DNA of 64,000 nt, taken from assembly GCF_000315625.1 (NCBI RefSeq), contig NW_005434641.1:77113-141112 (forward strand), written 5' to 3'. Each line of letters opens with the position of its first letter. Positions within the stretch are counted from its first letter, which is position 1. The translations under genes and the position numbers were made by a program. The notes below the pieces were generated by a model. That model saw only the letters and a list, made by a program, of their open reading frames with translations, was not told the DNA's origin and made no database searches. Below, piece by piece: positions 1 to 11,101 of the stretch. Source of the stretch: Guillardia theta CCMP2712. Lineage: Eukaryota > Protista > Cryptophyta.

Positions 1-687
1 CTCCTCACATCAAACCCTGACGCTGCAACAGCTTTCTTTGCAGCCTGCGCCTTCGTGTCACATGACCACCACCACCACCACCACCACCACCACCACCACC
101 ACCACCACCATCACCATCTCCTCCTCCTCTTCCTCCTCCTTCTCTATCAATTCACCTCCTTGTCTTTAAATTCCACAAACCCGAAGCCCCTCGCTCGCTT
201 CGTCTCTCGGTCCCGGGCGATGTGAACTCGCAAGATATCCCCGAAGCCAGCTGCCCGAGCTTGTCAATCCTCGACTAGAACCGTTCCCCTCGCCCCCTCC
301 CTCCTCCTCCTCCTCCTCCCTCCCGCTCATCCTCCTCCCTCCCGCTCCTCTCCCTCCTCCACCTCCTCCTCCTGCATCTCCCTCCCACTCCTCCTCCTCC
401 TCCCCTTCCTTTCCCACCGAAAGCAAACATCAACGTGTCCTCGTTCACTTTGTACGGCAAGTTGGCCACGTGGCAGATCGTCTCGCTGTACGCTCCCTGC
501 GGCGCTGCCCCCCCGCCCTCGCGCCCTCCGGTGGTCCGCAAGTCTCCTCCCGCTTGAAACGTGGGGGCAGGAGCAGATTCTTGCGACAGCTTCAGCGAGG
601 TTGTCTCAGGGTTGCCGTCTCACCGTAGGGGGAGGCAGTCGTATTAGCAGGCCTTGTAGTGAGAGCTTCCATTGTCATTTCTGCCAT
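1..687 (-). CDS. RRM-domain RNA-binding protein, multi-exon, runs off the window start
   Basis: ATG at 687. Exons encode RNP2-like CHVANLPYKVNEDTLMFAF (~420-480), RNP1 GFGDILRVHIARDRETKRARGFGFVEFKDKE (~157-250) and AAKKAVAASGFD (~9-44). GT-AG introns are purine-repeat rich. Confidence 0.8.
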
Positions 688-1022
688 GCTCGTCAGGGCC
701 CGCCGACGCCTCCTAGCGCTCAGCACCCGTCACTGGCGTGATGTTTGCGGCATACAGCCAGCGTTGCTGATGAGCACGTGATTAGAGGAGAGATAGGAGA
801 AGAGAAGGGACGAGGATCATGGGTAGTTAGCTGTAGAAGGGGAGAAGGGAGGAAAAAGATGATGAGAGCTCAAGCGACATGAGAAGGGTTACACTGCAAG
901 TGAACAAATAGGAAAGAGAAATCGAATCGGGCTAGAGGGCGGCGGAGGAAAATTGAAGGGACCAAAGATGGGGAGGGGGAGGTATTGATAGGTAGCTGGG
1001 AAGCGAAGTAGGACGAATCCTA

Positions 1023-2463
1023 CCTTCTTATCCGGATTCCCAACACGCGCGATGCCCAGAAATCTGGTGATATGCTTCACAGCTCCCTCCTTTCGAATAC
1101 AGCACGAGCAGCAGAAGCAGACCAGGACGAGCCCAGCAGGAGGAGCGAGGCAAGTCAGACAGAGGAGAAGTTCAGCCAACAGCTCACCCGATCACTGGGG
1201 GAGGAGTTCACGTACGGAGCTCGCTCGTAGAAGATGCCTTCTGATCCCGCAAAGTGATACCTCGGCCTGCGGCAGGTCAGGTCCTCCTGCCAACTGATAC
1301 TGGCAGGGAGGGAAAGAAGGCAGGCAAGGGGGGAAAGGATGGAGCGCGTTCAGGGAATGAGGTTTGGATAAGAGAAGGTAGGTAGGTAGGTAGGTAGGTA
1401 GGTACTTAGGTAGGGAGGGAGGGAGGGAGGGAGTTGAGAGGAGGGAACAAGCACCTCAAGGTCTTGGCAACGCTGGTGACTACACTTGTCCCCATCTTCC
1501 CTTTGCCTCCATCAGGTGCCGCCTGACCTTGGAGATTGTTGTTCACTCCCAGCGGCCACTGGCAACAGCGTGTTACGGTAGCAACACAACAGGGCAAGCT
1601 CGTCAGCCTACCTGTACTGAAAGTAGGACGTCGACGGGTTTCTCAGGGTCTGAAAGATTCAACACTTAAGGGCAGACAACCTCAGGATAGCTGGTTAAAC
1701 CATGTTGGGAGACGAGCGATTTCGCCTTTACAGGGCAGTTACTCCCTAAACGATGCACAAGCAGAGTCGACATACCTGCATGGTTTCCAGAGACTCCGAT
1801 GCTGCAGACAAAAGAGTCATCTAGCGTCAATGTCAACCCTAGATGGGGGCAAAGTTTACCCTGCATCGAGTACGAGCCACACAGGTACCCGACCCTCAGG
1901 CCGTGGAGCTCGCGAATACCGTGATTTCCTGACGGGATCACAAGGATGAATCATCTCGACATGGAGTTGAGATAATCTACACTAGCAACCTAGGAAGAAG
2001 ATGTTCTTGGCCACCTGCCGTCTCAATCAGGTCCTGTGCGCACTTCCAACGTCGATGTAGAGCTCGGAGAGAGGCAAGAGAGGGGAGGGCAAGAAGTCGA
2101 ATCACCAACCTCCTGGAAGCTCGACGTCTGGTCAAGTTTAGGTCCCCACTCTGCATCGTCGTCAACCAACCTCCTCCACCCACCGCAGGTGGGCTATACC
2201 CTTGCCGCAGATGAAGTAGGTAGGTAAAGGTGCCTTCTTGGCCCCTGTGACATATTCCTTCTCCTTCTTAGAGCCACAGCCGGGACTAGCAGGCCAGCCT
2301 TCACCTTCAGAGGGTCTTGGTCGACATAGTTGGGCTGATCATCGTCCTCTCCTCCAACATCCGCGCTGCTCACGTGTCATGTTTGCTTACTGCTACAGTG
2401 TGCTTGGCAACCTGCTGAAAAATTCCCCGGCACAGAGCTGCGAGCTAAGTCAAACGTGTTCAT
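1023..2463 (-). CDS. Hypothetical multi-exon protein (boundaries uncertain)
   Basis: Several short coding-like segments are flanked by GT/AG on the minus strand (e.g. DVGGEDDDQPNYVDQDPLK ~2305-2360). No recognisable domain. Confidence 0.3.
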
Positions 2464-3106
2464 GACGACGTGAGACTTTCGACTTACAAGCATGTCGAAT
2501 GGCCCATTCTTCGCGTTCACGGTTGCCTACCACGCCCATAAGGATCCCCGATGAAATTCAAATTTGAATCTCTTACCACGCGATTGAAGAGTTCATCCAG
2601 ATTACCTGATGAGCACATGAAACGTGAGCATCAGTGATCATGCAAGAGGATATCGCCAGGATGCATCTGTGTGATCAATGGCTGAACATGACTGCTGTAA
2701 TAAACTCCTTGCTCCATACTCACTTTGACCTCGTCATGCATTTTGCTTTCAGTGACAAGCGTTCTTAGTGAAACTCCTTTCTCAATCTCTTTCTCCTCAT
2801 GGCCTGAAATCCTTTTCCTTCTACTTGATTCACCTCCGTTACAACACAAGTCATTCTTCGATCCGCACGAATTATGTGATTTCCTCTATCCACTTCCTCG
2901 ACAAACACCAAATTGACCAACCTCAAACAAGATGAGACCTCGCAACGAGCTCTCCCAAGGTGCTACATGCCATCTTGGCCGCCGATGATCCTCTTCAACT
3001 CTCTTCTCCTCTCCTCTCCCCTACCATTTGCTTTCCTCTCCTCTATCATCTTCTCACCTTGTGCATCGCCGCATACCAGCACCTTGGGCATCTTTCCGCC
3101 CCTTGA

Positions 3107-3200
3107 TCCCCTCATCCCCCTCATCCCCCTCATCCCCAGCCTCATCCCCCTCATCCCCAGCCTCATCCCCCTCATCCTCAGCTCATCCCCCTCATCCCCC
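3107..3200. repeat. Tandem CTCATCCCC-type 9-mer minisatellite
   Basis: Repeated ctcatcccc(c/ag) units are directly visible. Confidence 0.85.
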
Positions 3201-3370
3201 TCAGACCTACCCCATCAACCTCCCCACCCTACCCTAGATTTAGAGGATCAACCAGATCATCCCCATCAAGTACCCCTCCCGTTCAGTCATATTTCGACTG
3301 CCATCTACCCCCTCTACTATATGTGAGTTCCCCCTCCCACCCTGTACCTACTCTCGCTTTGAGCCTCCTC

Positions 3371-4742
3371 ATGCCGTCGGGGATTGTTATGCGGACCATG
3401 GCGGTAGCGCTGGCAAGCAGCGCGGCTGCCATGGCGTTCATGCCGTCCCCTCAACCATGCAGCATAACAACATCGTCCATCACATGCAAGTCTCCGTTGT
3501 GTTGTCCTCCATGCACACCCTTTTCTCTGCTCGCAAACGGCGTACCTCCTTCGCTTCTTCTCCCAAAGTTAAGATCCAACGCCGGCTCGGGAAAGAGCTA
3601 CAAGGAGCGGTAATGACGCTGCCCACGGCAGTGATGATTCCAATTCCGACAGTCCCGATGCTGAACTGCCATTTCCAGGTCCTTCCAACTTGCACGGACG
3701 TCTGCCAAGGGTCCTGGGGGAGCCAGCGATTGGATTATTGAGGATATGGATGCTGCAGAAGCGGAGGACATGCAAGCTTGGTTGGAGGAGACCTACGAGG
3801 CTGTGGACTATGAGGAGGCGCTGCAACGAGCAGGCTGCCTCTCAGAGTCCGAGCCAGACCAGAGCGAAGCGCAAGAAGAGGATTTCATCGCTGACGAATC
3901 TGCTATGTACATGGAAGAAGATTCAATCTGCGAGGGGAAGGAGAGGGAGTTGACGTATGGGGAGGTGACTTAGTCTGTCCTCTGGCTTCTGCCATCTTGC
4001 ATCTCCCCTATGTCCTCACTCCCCTGTCCTCTCTCCTCCAACCTTTCTTCGCTCCTTAAAGCCTTGGGCTTCATGCTGATTGTTGAATTCCCCCAGATGG
4101 ACCTTGCTTTCTTCGTCGCTCTCCTGCGGAAGATGCGGACGAGGGTCAAGACCGACGGGAACTTCTTTGACGTTGGGTGTGGGCGAGGGCAGCTTGTTCT
4201 CGCAGCTGCCAAGACGGGGTGGGCCAATAGTGACTGATCGCCTGCTGCGAGCTGACGATTATTTAGTTCTTCAAGAAGTGCGAAGGGATAGAGATCATGA
4301 AGGACGTGCTGGAGATTGGCAGAGGAGCGATCCTTGTGCTTGAAGGAGGGGGGATGCCGAGCTCAGAGTGCGTTCTGCACGAAGGGGATATGTACACGAG
4401 CATGGAACTGTGCAAGGACTCGGACCTGATCTTCGTGTATGCCACCTGTTTCGCCACCACCGACGGAGTGAGAGGAGGAGGGAGGAGAAGGAGGGAGGCG
4501 GGAGGAGGAGGAGGAGGGAGGAGGGAGGGCAGCTGACCGGTGGGTTGACTGCTGTTGGGAGGTGACGATCAAGAAGCTGTCGAACGCTCTTGCTGCGCAT
4601 ACGAAACCCGACGCCAGGATCATTACGGTCAACAAGAAGCTGAGCGAGGTGGATGCCACAATTATGCTGTTGCCTGCGTTATAATGACGATGATGCTATG
4701 ATGGCGATGATGATGATGATGATGATGATGATAGAGATGATT

Positions 4743-4784
<42 letters not shown>

Positions 4785-4973
4785 ATGATGATGATGATCG
4801 ACGATGGTGATGGTGATAATGGAGATGACATGGATGTTTTAGGAGGAGGAGAGGTTGTGATACGATTTTGGCAGGACGACAACTTCGTTCTCGAGGAGAC
4901 CTACATGGGCCCGAACCCTGACAGCGCGACCAACCCAGCCATTGCCTACGTCTGGAGAAAGCAGAGTCCGTAA
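3371..4973 (+). CDS. Class I SAM-dependent methyltransferase (DOT1-like fold) with probable bipartite plastid-targeting presequence
   Basis: N-terminus MRTMAVALASSAAAMA-FMP followed by a Ser/Thr-rich transit-like segment. Exons give ELTYGE, FFDVGCGRGQLVLAAA (motif I), CEGIEI, HEGDM, SDLIFVYATCF, ARIITVNKKL and end AYVWRKQSP*. Confidence 0.7.
4683..4830. repeat. (GAT)n microsatellite in intron
   Basis: Long ATG/GAT run, which explains the spurious poly-Met and poly-Ile ORFs. Confidence 0.9.
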
Positions 4974-5144
4974 CATCGAGCAGCTCTGCACTGAAACAAT
5001 CGTCGGGAAGAATCAAGTTTTCAGCAGGAGCGACTTAAGCATCGGAGGACTGAGCAGCAAGCCCATCTTTCCCTGGGCTCCTTCACTCTCTCGTCCTTCA
5101 CTTCCATACAGCAACAGACAGTAAGTTCGCATTCCGACTTCCTC

Positions 5145-8100
5145 CTACCTTGTGAGAATAGATTCAAACACGCTCTTCCACTTGCCCCGCACCTCCCTCC
5201 CCTGATCGAGGTTGAACTCCCTAGCCCCTTGGCTCGCTCTGAAGAGCCTGTCGCTGTCAGACGCCAAGTCCACAAGCTCGTCGAAGGAGCTCCACTGCAG
5301 AACATGAGGGAACGAGTAGAAGTCCGCAAACTGAAGCCAGAATTTGACAGCCGTCATGTTGCTGTCGTCATTGGGGTCCGGGACACTGCTCTCGGAGGGG
5401 TGGGGAGGTATGCTGCTGCCCACCGGGCACTGTCCGAAGACTCCAGCCCATGTTCGCTGCGGCATCATGCCGTAGAGTACGATCCAGTCGGCCATCAGCT
5501 GGAGGGAGGGGACGAGGATAGGGATGTTCATCCTGTACTGCTCGAAGAACGACATCACGGAGACCTGATAGGGGACCCATACGATCGCCGGGTGCTGGGC
5601 CAAGTCGGCGTGCTCGTACCTCCGGTACAGGCGTCGGATGTGGACGAACTTGAGGGTTTTGTCGAGGCCTCTGCGTTGAAGGGCTTGCAGGAGAGGAGGA
5701 GTCAGCGCCTGCTCTACCGCCTGTGGCATGGAGAGCAAAATCTCGCTCCTCCTGGGGAACCAGCTGAGCCGCTTGTCGCAGAGGGACGGGATAGTCTCCA
5801 CCGTCCTCCCGAGGAAGAACTGCATGTACCTAGCATCGTACCTGTTGTTCGCAGAGACAAAGTCTTTCCTGCTGCTCATGAGCTGCGAGACTTTCTGGTT
5901 CCACTCCTTCCACCTCGCCGGGTCGTCGGAGCAGCCTTGTGGCCTGGCATCGGAGAAGCAACGGCCCATCTCGTACCGCGTGCTCGCATGCACTATGACG
6001 GACTTGTTCAGCGGCTGGAACAGCTCGCACATACCCGGCGGGTGGTTGCAGACGAAGGCATCCACCTTGTCCATGAGCGGGTCGTCAGAATACTCCGACA
6101 CAAACTGCTGGATGAGGGAGGAGGGGGAGGGCCCAAGGTCCTGCCCGTTGCTGCCGTTGACGACTCGGAGACCCTGGGCGCAGGTGCCTTGGGAGGAGCA
6201 GGAGCCGGACAGGCTCTTGTCGATGACCGTTACCCGCCTGCCTCGCACCCTCAAGTCCTGCCAGATGTCCTTGAGGTCCGCGATGGGACCAACGTGGAAG
6301 TCGGAGCTCCAGACTACGAACGGCGGAGGCTCTGTGGAGGGGGAGGTGCTTCCTAGGATGGCTGCGGCGAACAGTGATCGGAGGTGGGATCCGTTGCACA
6401 AGTTGTCCAGCAAGATTCGTCTGGCTGCTGACCTCCTCTGCAGCAGCTCCCATACCTCCACCTGCTCTGCATGGCGGGCGACTGCCGTTCCCCTCCGATC
6501 GCCCCGCACCCTTCTCCCGTAAATCCCAGAGGAGCTCCGGCCCTTGAAAGAATACTCCAGTCCCTTGTAGTGGTTGAGGATCTTGTATGTGTCAGCCAAC
6601 ATCTCAGGCCTCGTCTCCTCATCGACCTTGAACACATCGTCCCACCTCGCTTCGCTCTCTCCGTGCAGCCCGACGTTTGCATGCAGCCTAACCCGCGGCC
6701 GGCAGGGGGCCAGGCAGTGCAGCTCGTGGTCAATGAGTCCGTTCATGATACCGTCGTATATCCCGCTGAAGTTCCAGACAGGAAGGAAGCGGAGGAAGCT
6801 TAGGCGCGACAGCCCGGCCCCCCAACCAGCAAAGAAGCGATCGTTGTAGAGCATGTCAGCCGATCCAGCTTGGCAGACACTGCGATTGAGCAGCTTGTCT
6901 TTGATGTAGCTGCAGTCATGCACAGGCCCATTCGGATATGCAAGGATGGAGAGAATGTTTGGATCCGAGGTTGCAACCTGTAGCCCCTTCAGTCCAGTCT
7001 CAAGGAGGAGGAAGAAGGAAGGAGGGAGATGGCAGGGAGGAGGATTGGGGGAGGATGGGAGAATGAGAAGGCACGAGGGGAGGGGGTGTGGGGAGGATGG
7101 AGGGAGGAAAGGAGTGGAACAGGGCCGGGGGGGCGGAGGAGGAGGAGGAGGAGGAGGAGGAGGATCAAGTACCTTCCGCATGTCCTGGTGATAAACAAGG
7201 AAGTCAGGGGAGGGGAGGAGGTCGTCTTCGAGGGTGATGACGTAGTCGAATGGGCAGGAGACGAGGGAGAGGCGGAGCCCGAAGACATAGTGAGCGTTGA
7301 GCCGGTGGACCCCCGTGTCCCAACCATGGAAGCCAAGGGAGGCCCTGGTCTCAGTGAAGGGATGGAAGTACACCCGGACATGCATGAAGTCCACTGCTGA
7401 AAGTTCCCGCAGCACTCCCTCCACCATGTCCCTGTCCACCGTCACGATCAACACCGCGGTCCTGATCCTCCAGACGCTGCGCAGCCGCTGCAGCACCAGA
7501 GACAGCGGGAAGGTCCTCCTGCAGGCCCTCAGCCAGATTGGGAGCGTGTCCTGTGGAGCCCCTGTGGAGCTCAGGTCCTTGTAAGGGTTCATATGAGCGT
7601 TCAGCTGGAGATGCCTGGCGTTTGCCAACACTTTCATCCCGTCGAGTTCCTTCTCCACCATCTCATACTGCCCTTCTGGACAAGGGCTGCTGGGCCCGTC
7701 GACCGCACAGCCCCTCAGCAGTCTGTCCCACCATCGACCGTCGACGCCTCGATGCGCGCGGTCCCTCCTCCCTCTCCATGCCTCGACAGCGCTGAAGACC
7801 GTCAGCAGGTCCTCTCCCTCACCGGCAAGCACGTATCTCCCCGCCTCCCAAGGGGAGAACTCTACCCAGAATTTCTCCATCACCCGCACAAGGACATCCT
7901 GCACCTGTGCGTGCCGGTACAGCTCTTCACTCCCTCCCTCAGGTCCCTCAGCTCGCGACTGAGCGCCATGGTTGGGCAGGTGCTTCCTCCAATGCCACGG
8001 GTGGAACACTGAGTTGAGGGCAAACCTCCGAACCGCCTCCCTCCTTTCTCGCCACCGCTCATGCTCAACGAGAGTGGCGTTGCACTGCTTGCCTTGAAGC

Positions 8101-8588
8101 GTCTCAGCGCTCTCTCCTCCTCCACGGGATAGTGCGCCTCCTCCCTCTCCAGCAACATCGCCAGCCATCGCCATGTTCCTGCTGCTCCCAGCCACCCTCA
8201 ACGCCCTTCCGAAGATCCTGAGGAACGATTCGTCGCTCATGCCAGCATGCGCTGGGCTTTGCGCTGACTCAAGGTAGTAGCAGAATGCCTTGCGGCCATG
8301 ATAGGAGCTCCAAGCTCCCTCCCTCCATGACATCCTCTCATGCTCCTCTCCAAGAGCATGAAGCATTGCCCATCGCTCGAGGCCACTGGGCAACTGCGCC
8401 ATGGCATCCTCGCATGCTCCTTCCACCTGTCCACACTCCGAGAGTTTCCACCACACCATCTTCATGGCGTGCACAGCCTTCACGAGCGCTCTCGCTTCCC
8501 TCTCCTCCGTCCTCGTGATATGCATCAGGTGGCAGAACAATCCGACTGCCAGGATCCCTGATCCCCTTCCCATGAATGACTTGCTCAT
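5145..8588 (-). CDS. Large secretory/type II membrane protein with a GT-A (GT13/GnT-I-like) domain and a second glycosyltransferase-like C-terminal region; contains an in-frame intron ~6977-7172
   Basis: 1147-codon ORF with hydrophobic N-terminus. VITLEDDLLPSPDFLVY and FFAGWGAGL resemble the GnT-I EDD and FFPGLGW motifs. The C-terminal half has WSSDFHVGPIADLK and PYQVSVMSFFEQYRMNIPILVPS. The poly-Pro stretch lies inside a GT..AG intron. Confidence 0.65.
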   Translation of the reverse strand: MSKSFMGRGSGILAVGLFCHLMHITRTEEREARALVKAVHAMKMVWWKLSECGQVEGACEDAMAQLPSGLERWAMLHALGEEHERMSWREGAWSSYHGRKAFCYYLESAQSPAHAGMSDESFLRIFGRALRVAGSSRNMAMAGDVAGEGGGALSRGGGESAETLQGKQCNATLVEHERWRERREAVRRFALNSVFHPWHWRKHLPNHGAQSRAEGPEGGSEELYRHAQVQDVLVRVMEKFWVEFSPWEAGRYVLAGEGEDLLTVFSAVEAWRGRRDRAHRGVDGRWWDRLLRGCAVDGPSSPCPEGQYEMVEKELDGMKVLANARHLQLNAHMNPYKDLSSTGAPQDTLPIWLRACRRTFPLSLVLQRLRSVWRIRTAVLIVTVDRDMVEGVLRELSAVDFMHVRVYFHPFTETRASLGFHGWDTGVHRLNAHYVFGLRLSLVSCPFDYVITLEDDLLPSPDFLVYHQDMRKVLDPPPPPPPPPPPPRPCSTPFLPPSSPHPLPSCLLILPSSPNPPPCHLPPSFFLLLETGLKGLQVATSDPNILSILAYPNGPVHDCSYIKDKLLNRSVCQAGSADMLYNDRFFAGWGAGLSRLSFLRFLPVWNFSGIYDGIMNGLIDHELHCLAPCRPRVRLHANVGLHGESEARWDDVFKVDEETRPEMLADTYKILNHYKGLEYSFKGRSSSGIYGRRVRGDRRGTAVARHAEQVEVWELLQRRSAARRILLDNLCNGSHLRSLFAAAILGSTSPSTEPPPFVVWSSDFHVGPIADLKDIWQDLRVRGRRVTVIDKSLSGSCSSQGTCAQGLRVVNGSNGQDLGPSPSSLIQQFVSEYSDDPLMDKVDAFVCNHPPGMCELFQPLNKSVIVHASTRYEMGRCFSDARPQGCSDDPARWKEWNQKVSQLMSSRKDFVSANNRYDARYMQFFLGRTVETIPSLCDKRLSWFPRRSEILLSMPQAVEQALTPPLLQALQRRGLDKTLKFVHIRRLYRRYEHADLAQHPAIVWVPYQVSVMSFFEQYRMNIPILVPSLQLMADWIVLYGMMPQRTWAGVFGQCPVGSSIPPHPSESSVPDPNDDSNMTAVKFWLQFADFYSFPHVLQWSSFDELVDLASDSDRLFRASQGAREFNLDQGREVRGKWKSVFESILTR

Positions 8589-8959
8589 TACCTCCCACTC
8601 CTCATTCGCTTCCTCTGCTCGTCAACTTCTTTCCCTCATCCGCTCCTCCCCTCGTTCAGATCACCATCCGCACTGCGGGATAGTCCCCATGCTGTTGCCC
8701 CCTCCCTCGCGCCTCCCCTCCTCTCACTATTTTCCCCACAAAAAGTTTTTCCCTGCCCGCCGGGTGCGATTTGGAAAATTGCTGCCTACTAGTAGGCTAC
8801 TGCGAACAATCCCTGGCGAGCATACGGGATGGGCGGGCGGGCGAGGAGTGGGGGCAAGAGGAAGGGAGATCGTTCGGATCTCAGGACAACGTGCCAGTGT
8901 TATCATACCTTCACCTCCCCGCCTGATACATGATAATCACAACCTGCCCAGTACTTTGG

Positions 8960-9688
8960 TGTGTTCGAAAGTTTCGATGGTGTATTGCTCGATAGCGACC
9001 TGGGGCGAACTTCGTGTCTCACTGGGATGGCACCGCCGCTGCTTCCGCTCCCTTGTGCTAGTCTGAGCAAGCTCATGTGCTGTGCCAGAGGATCGGCATG
9101 CCTCCTGTCAAGTATCGGGTCGTATCGTACACTCGAGCTCCAGGTGATGTCTGCAAGCAGATCAGATCACTCAATCCCTGTTGAATCGAAGCGCTCGTGT
9201 CGCAGGACAGGCGTTCAACTGAGGATTATGATGATAGGAAACTTATTGAATCAGAAGTTGCTGAAGTTGTCGTCGAGGCTTCAGGCATGCTGCATACAGT
9301 GGTGGGACCAAGACTACAGACCGACGTGTTTGAACGTTCATTTTCATTCACTCTAAACACAAAACAAACTGAAACATCAATTGGGCCATAGCATTGTCTC
9401 TCTAAAACTCATTTACAGCTGAATCACCTTGCCGCTTACTCCATACATCCTCGCCTTGCTAGTGATGAGCATAATTGCTCTTTGCAAGCATTCCAACTGC
9501 TTTCGACGGCAAGGGCAACCATATCGAAAACTTCTGAAGAGTTCATCGCTGTCCTCGTCTTCAAAACCAGACAGAATTTCCTTTCCAGCAAAGTCTGGAG
9601 CACTAGCAGCGTTGTACTGAACTAAGTCATAAAACTCATCGTTATTGCCACAAAAATTCGTCGCAGTTTCCATATTCAATTGCGGCAT
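8960..9688 (-). CDS. Hypothetical protein, probably multi-exon
   Basis: 91-aa ORF 9413-9688 with a gtaagc donor near 9440 and further open segments downstream. No recognised domain. Confidence 0.3.
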
Positions 9689-10369
9689 TGTAACAAGTTA
9701 TCAAAATGAAAACAATGAATTCGTTGTAATAAAGAAAAGTGTGAATTGCGATTCCAATCCAGGCAATAGCTTGAAATAGAAATGTGCGTGACACAATGAT
9801 TTTGCACAGCTGCGAGGATCAACGAAAAATTGAACAGAGAGTCTTCAGAATGAAAACGATGGCAAAAGTTGGCGATCAAGATGAGATAAAGTCCTAACGA
9901 TGGGGAAAGGAAGAGATAGACAGAGAGGACGGAACGAGAAGGAGTGGAGCACGGAGCGGTTCAGTGGAAATGGGGAGCAAACAGATAAAAGTACGCGGAT
10001 CGGAAAGGGGAGATGGCGAAGAGCCGGAAGGAGTTAAAAAAGCTGACGCATCATATCATCCAACCGCTCCGTTCTTTTGTCCTTTCATTGCGGAGATTCC
10101 AAACGATGTATTTTTGATATCTTAAGTAAGCGTCAAAACTGTACCGGTAATTCTCCAGATGAACAGAGGGGTGATTTAGCATGCAGGCGGATCGGTCCTA
10201 GGGGTCTATTGGTCACTTCAAAGTAGGGTGCTTGGAGGAAAGATCATTACTACAGACGAATAAAATTGATTGAGTCAATGGACAAAAACGAAACGAAGGC
10301 TTTTGAAGAGGTCATTTTTCTGACAGCCAGACAGAGTTAAGTAAAAGGATAGAGAATCGTATTTCAATC

Positions 10370-11070
10370 AAGTGACACGGGGCACTGGGCCCGCCACCCG
10401 CCGTCCGATCCCGGCGGCGCGAGCCCCGGCGGCCTGCGGCCGCACTCAGTGACTGCCGCAGTGCGGCACCGCCGTTCACCTGAGTGACCGGACCGTGCGG
10501 TGACCCAGGCCCGCCCCCAGATGCGGCAGAATTTGCGGCGCCGGGGCCGCCCGGCGGTGGGGCCCGGTCCCAGTGACTGAGGCGCACTGCCGCATCCGTG
10601 GCGGGCACAATCGGATTTCACTGTCACGGTGCCGCAGCCTAGTACGCCGTTTCAAGTTTCAAGTTCATCATTGTCACACGGGAAGTAACTCAGTTAACAA
10701 GTTGAGTCACGCCTCCGACTCGCGGCGCGGCCTCCGAGGCTCGGACAGGCTCTGAAGTACCGTAGTACGGTAAGTGCAGTGCCGCAACCCGGGCCGGCCC
10801 GCCGGCCCGGCACGGACCGGGTCCGTGCCGTAACTGCCACTGGCCGCGGCCGCCCGGCCAACCGACTGGAGTCACGGTGTTCGCCGGGACCGACTTACTC
10901 TGTGAGCCTCCGGGGAGTCCGGCTCGCGCGGAGCCTGACGGTCGGTCGGAGCCGCCCGCCGGGCCCGCCCGGGCTGACCCGGTACTAGCACGGCCCACGG
11001 TACTACGGGGTTTACTCAACGGTACAGCGCCTCCTCGATGGAAGTTCACGGTCAACCTGACCAACTGGTT
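10370..11070. repeat. GC-rich intergenic island (CCGG/GGCC and TGAGTCA/CAGTGAC rich), member of a dispersed family
   Basis: Composition differs sharply from the flanks. Contains TTTACTCAA (~11011), shared with islands at 18.6-19.0, 42.2-42.7 and 57.6-57.9 kb. Confidence 0.6.
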
Positions 11071-11101
11071 GTCTTACTAAAAAAGATTCGATTTTATCAA
11101 G

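Noticed and set aside
5229-6522. Long plus-strand ORFs (375 aa, 264 aa)
   Set aside because: Antisense shadows of the GC3-rich minus-strand glycosyltransferase gene, with no motifs.
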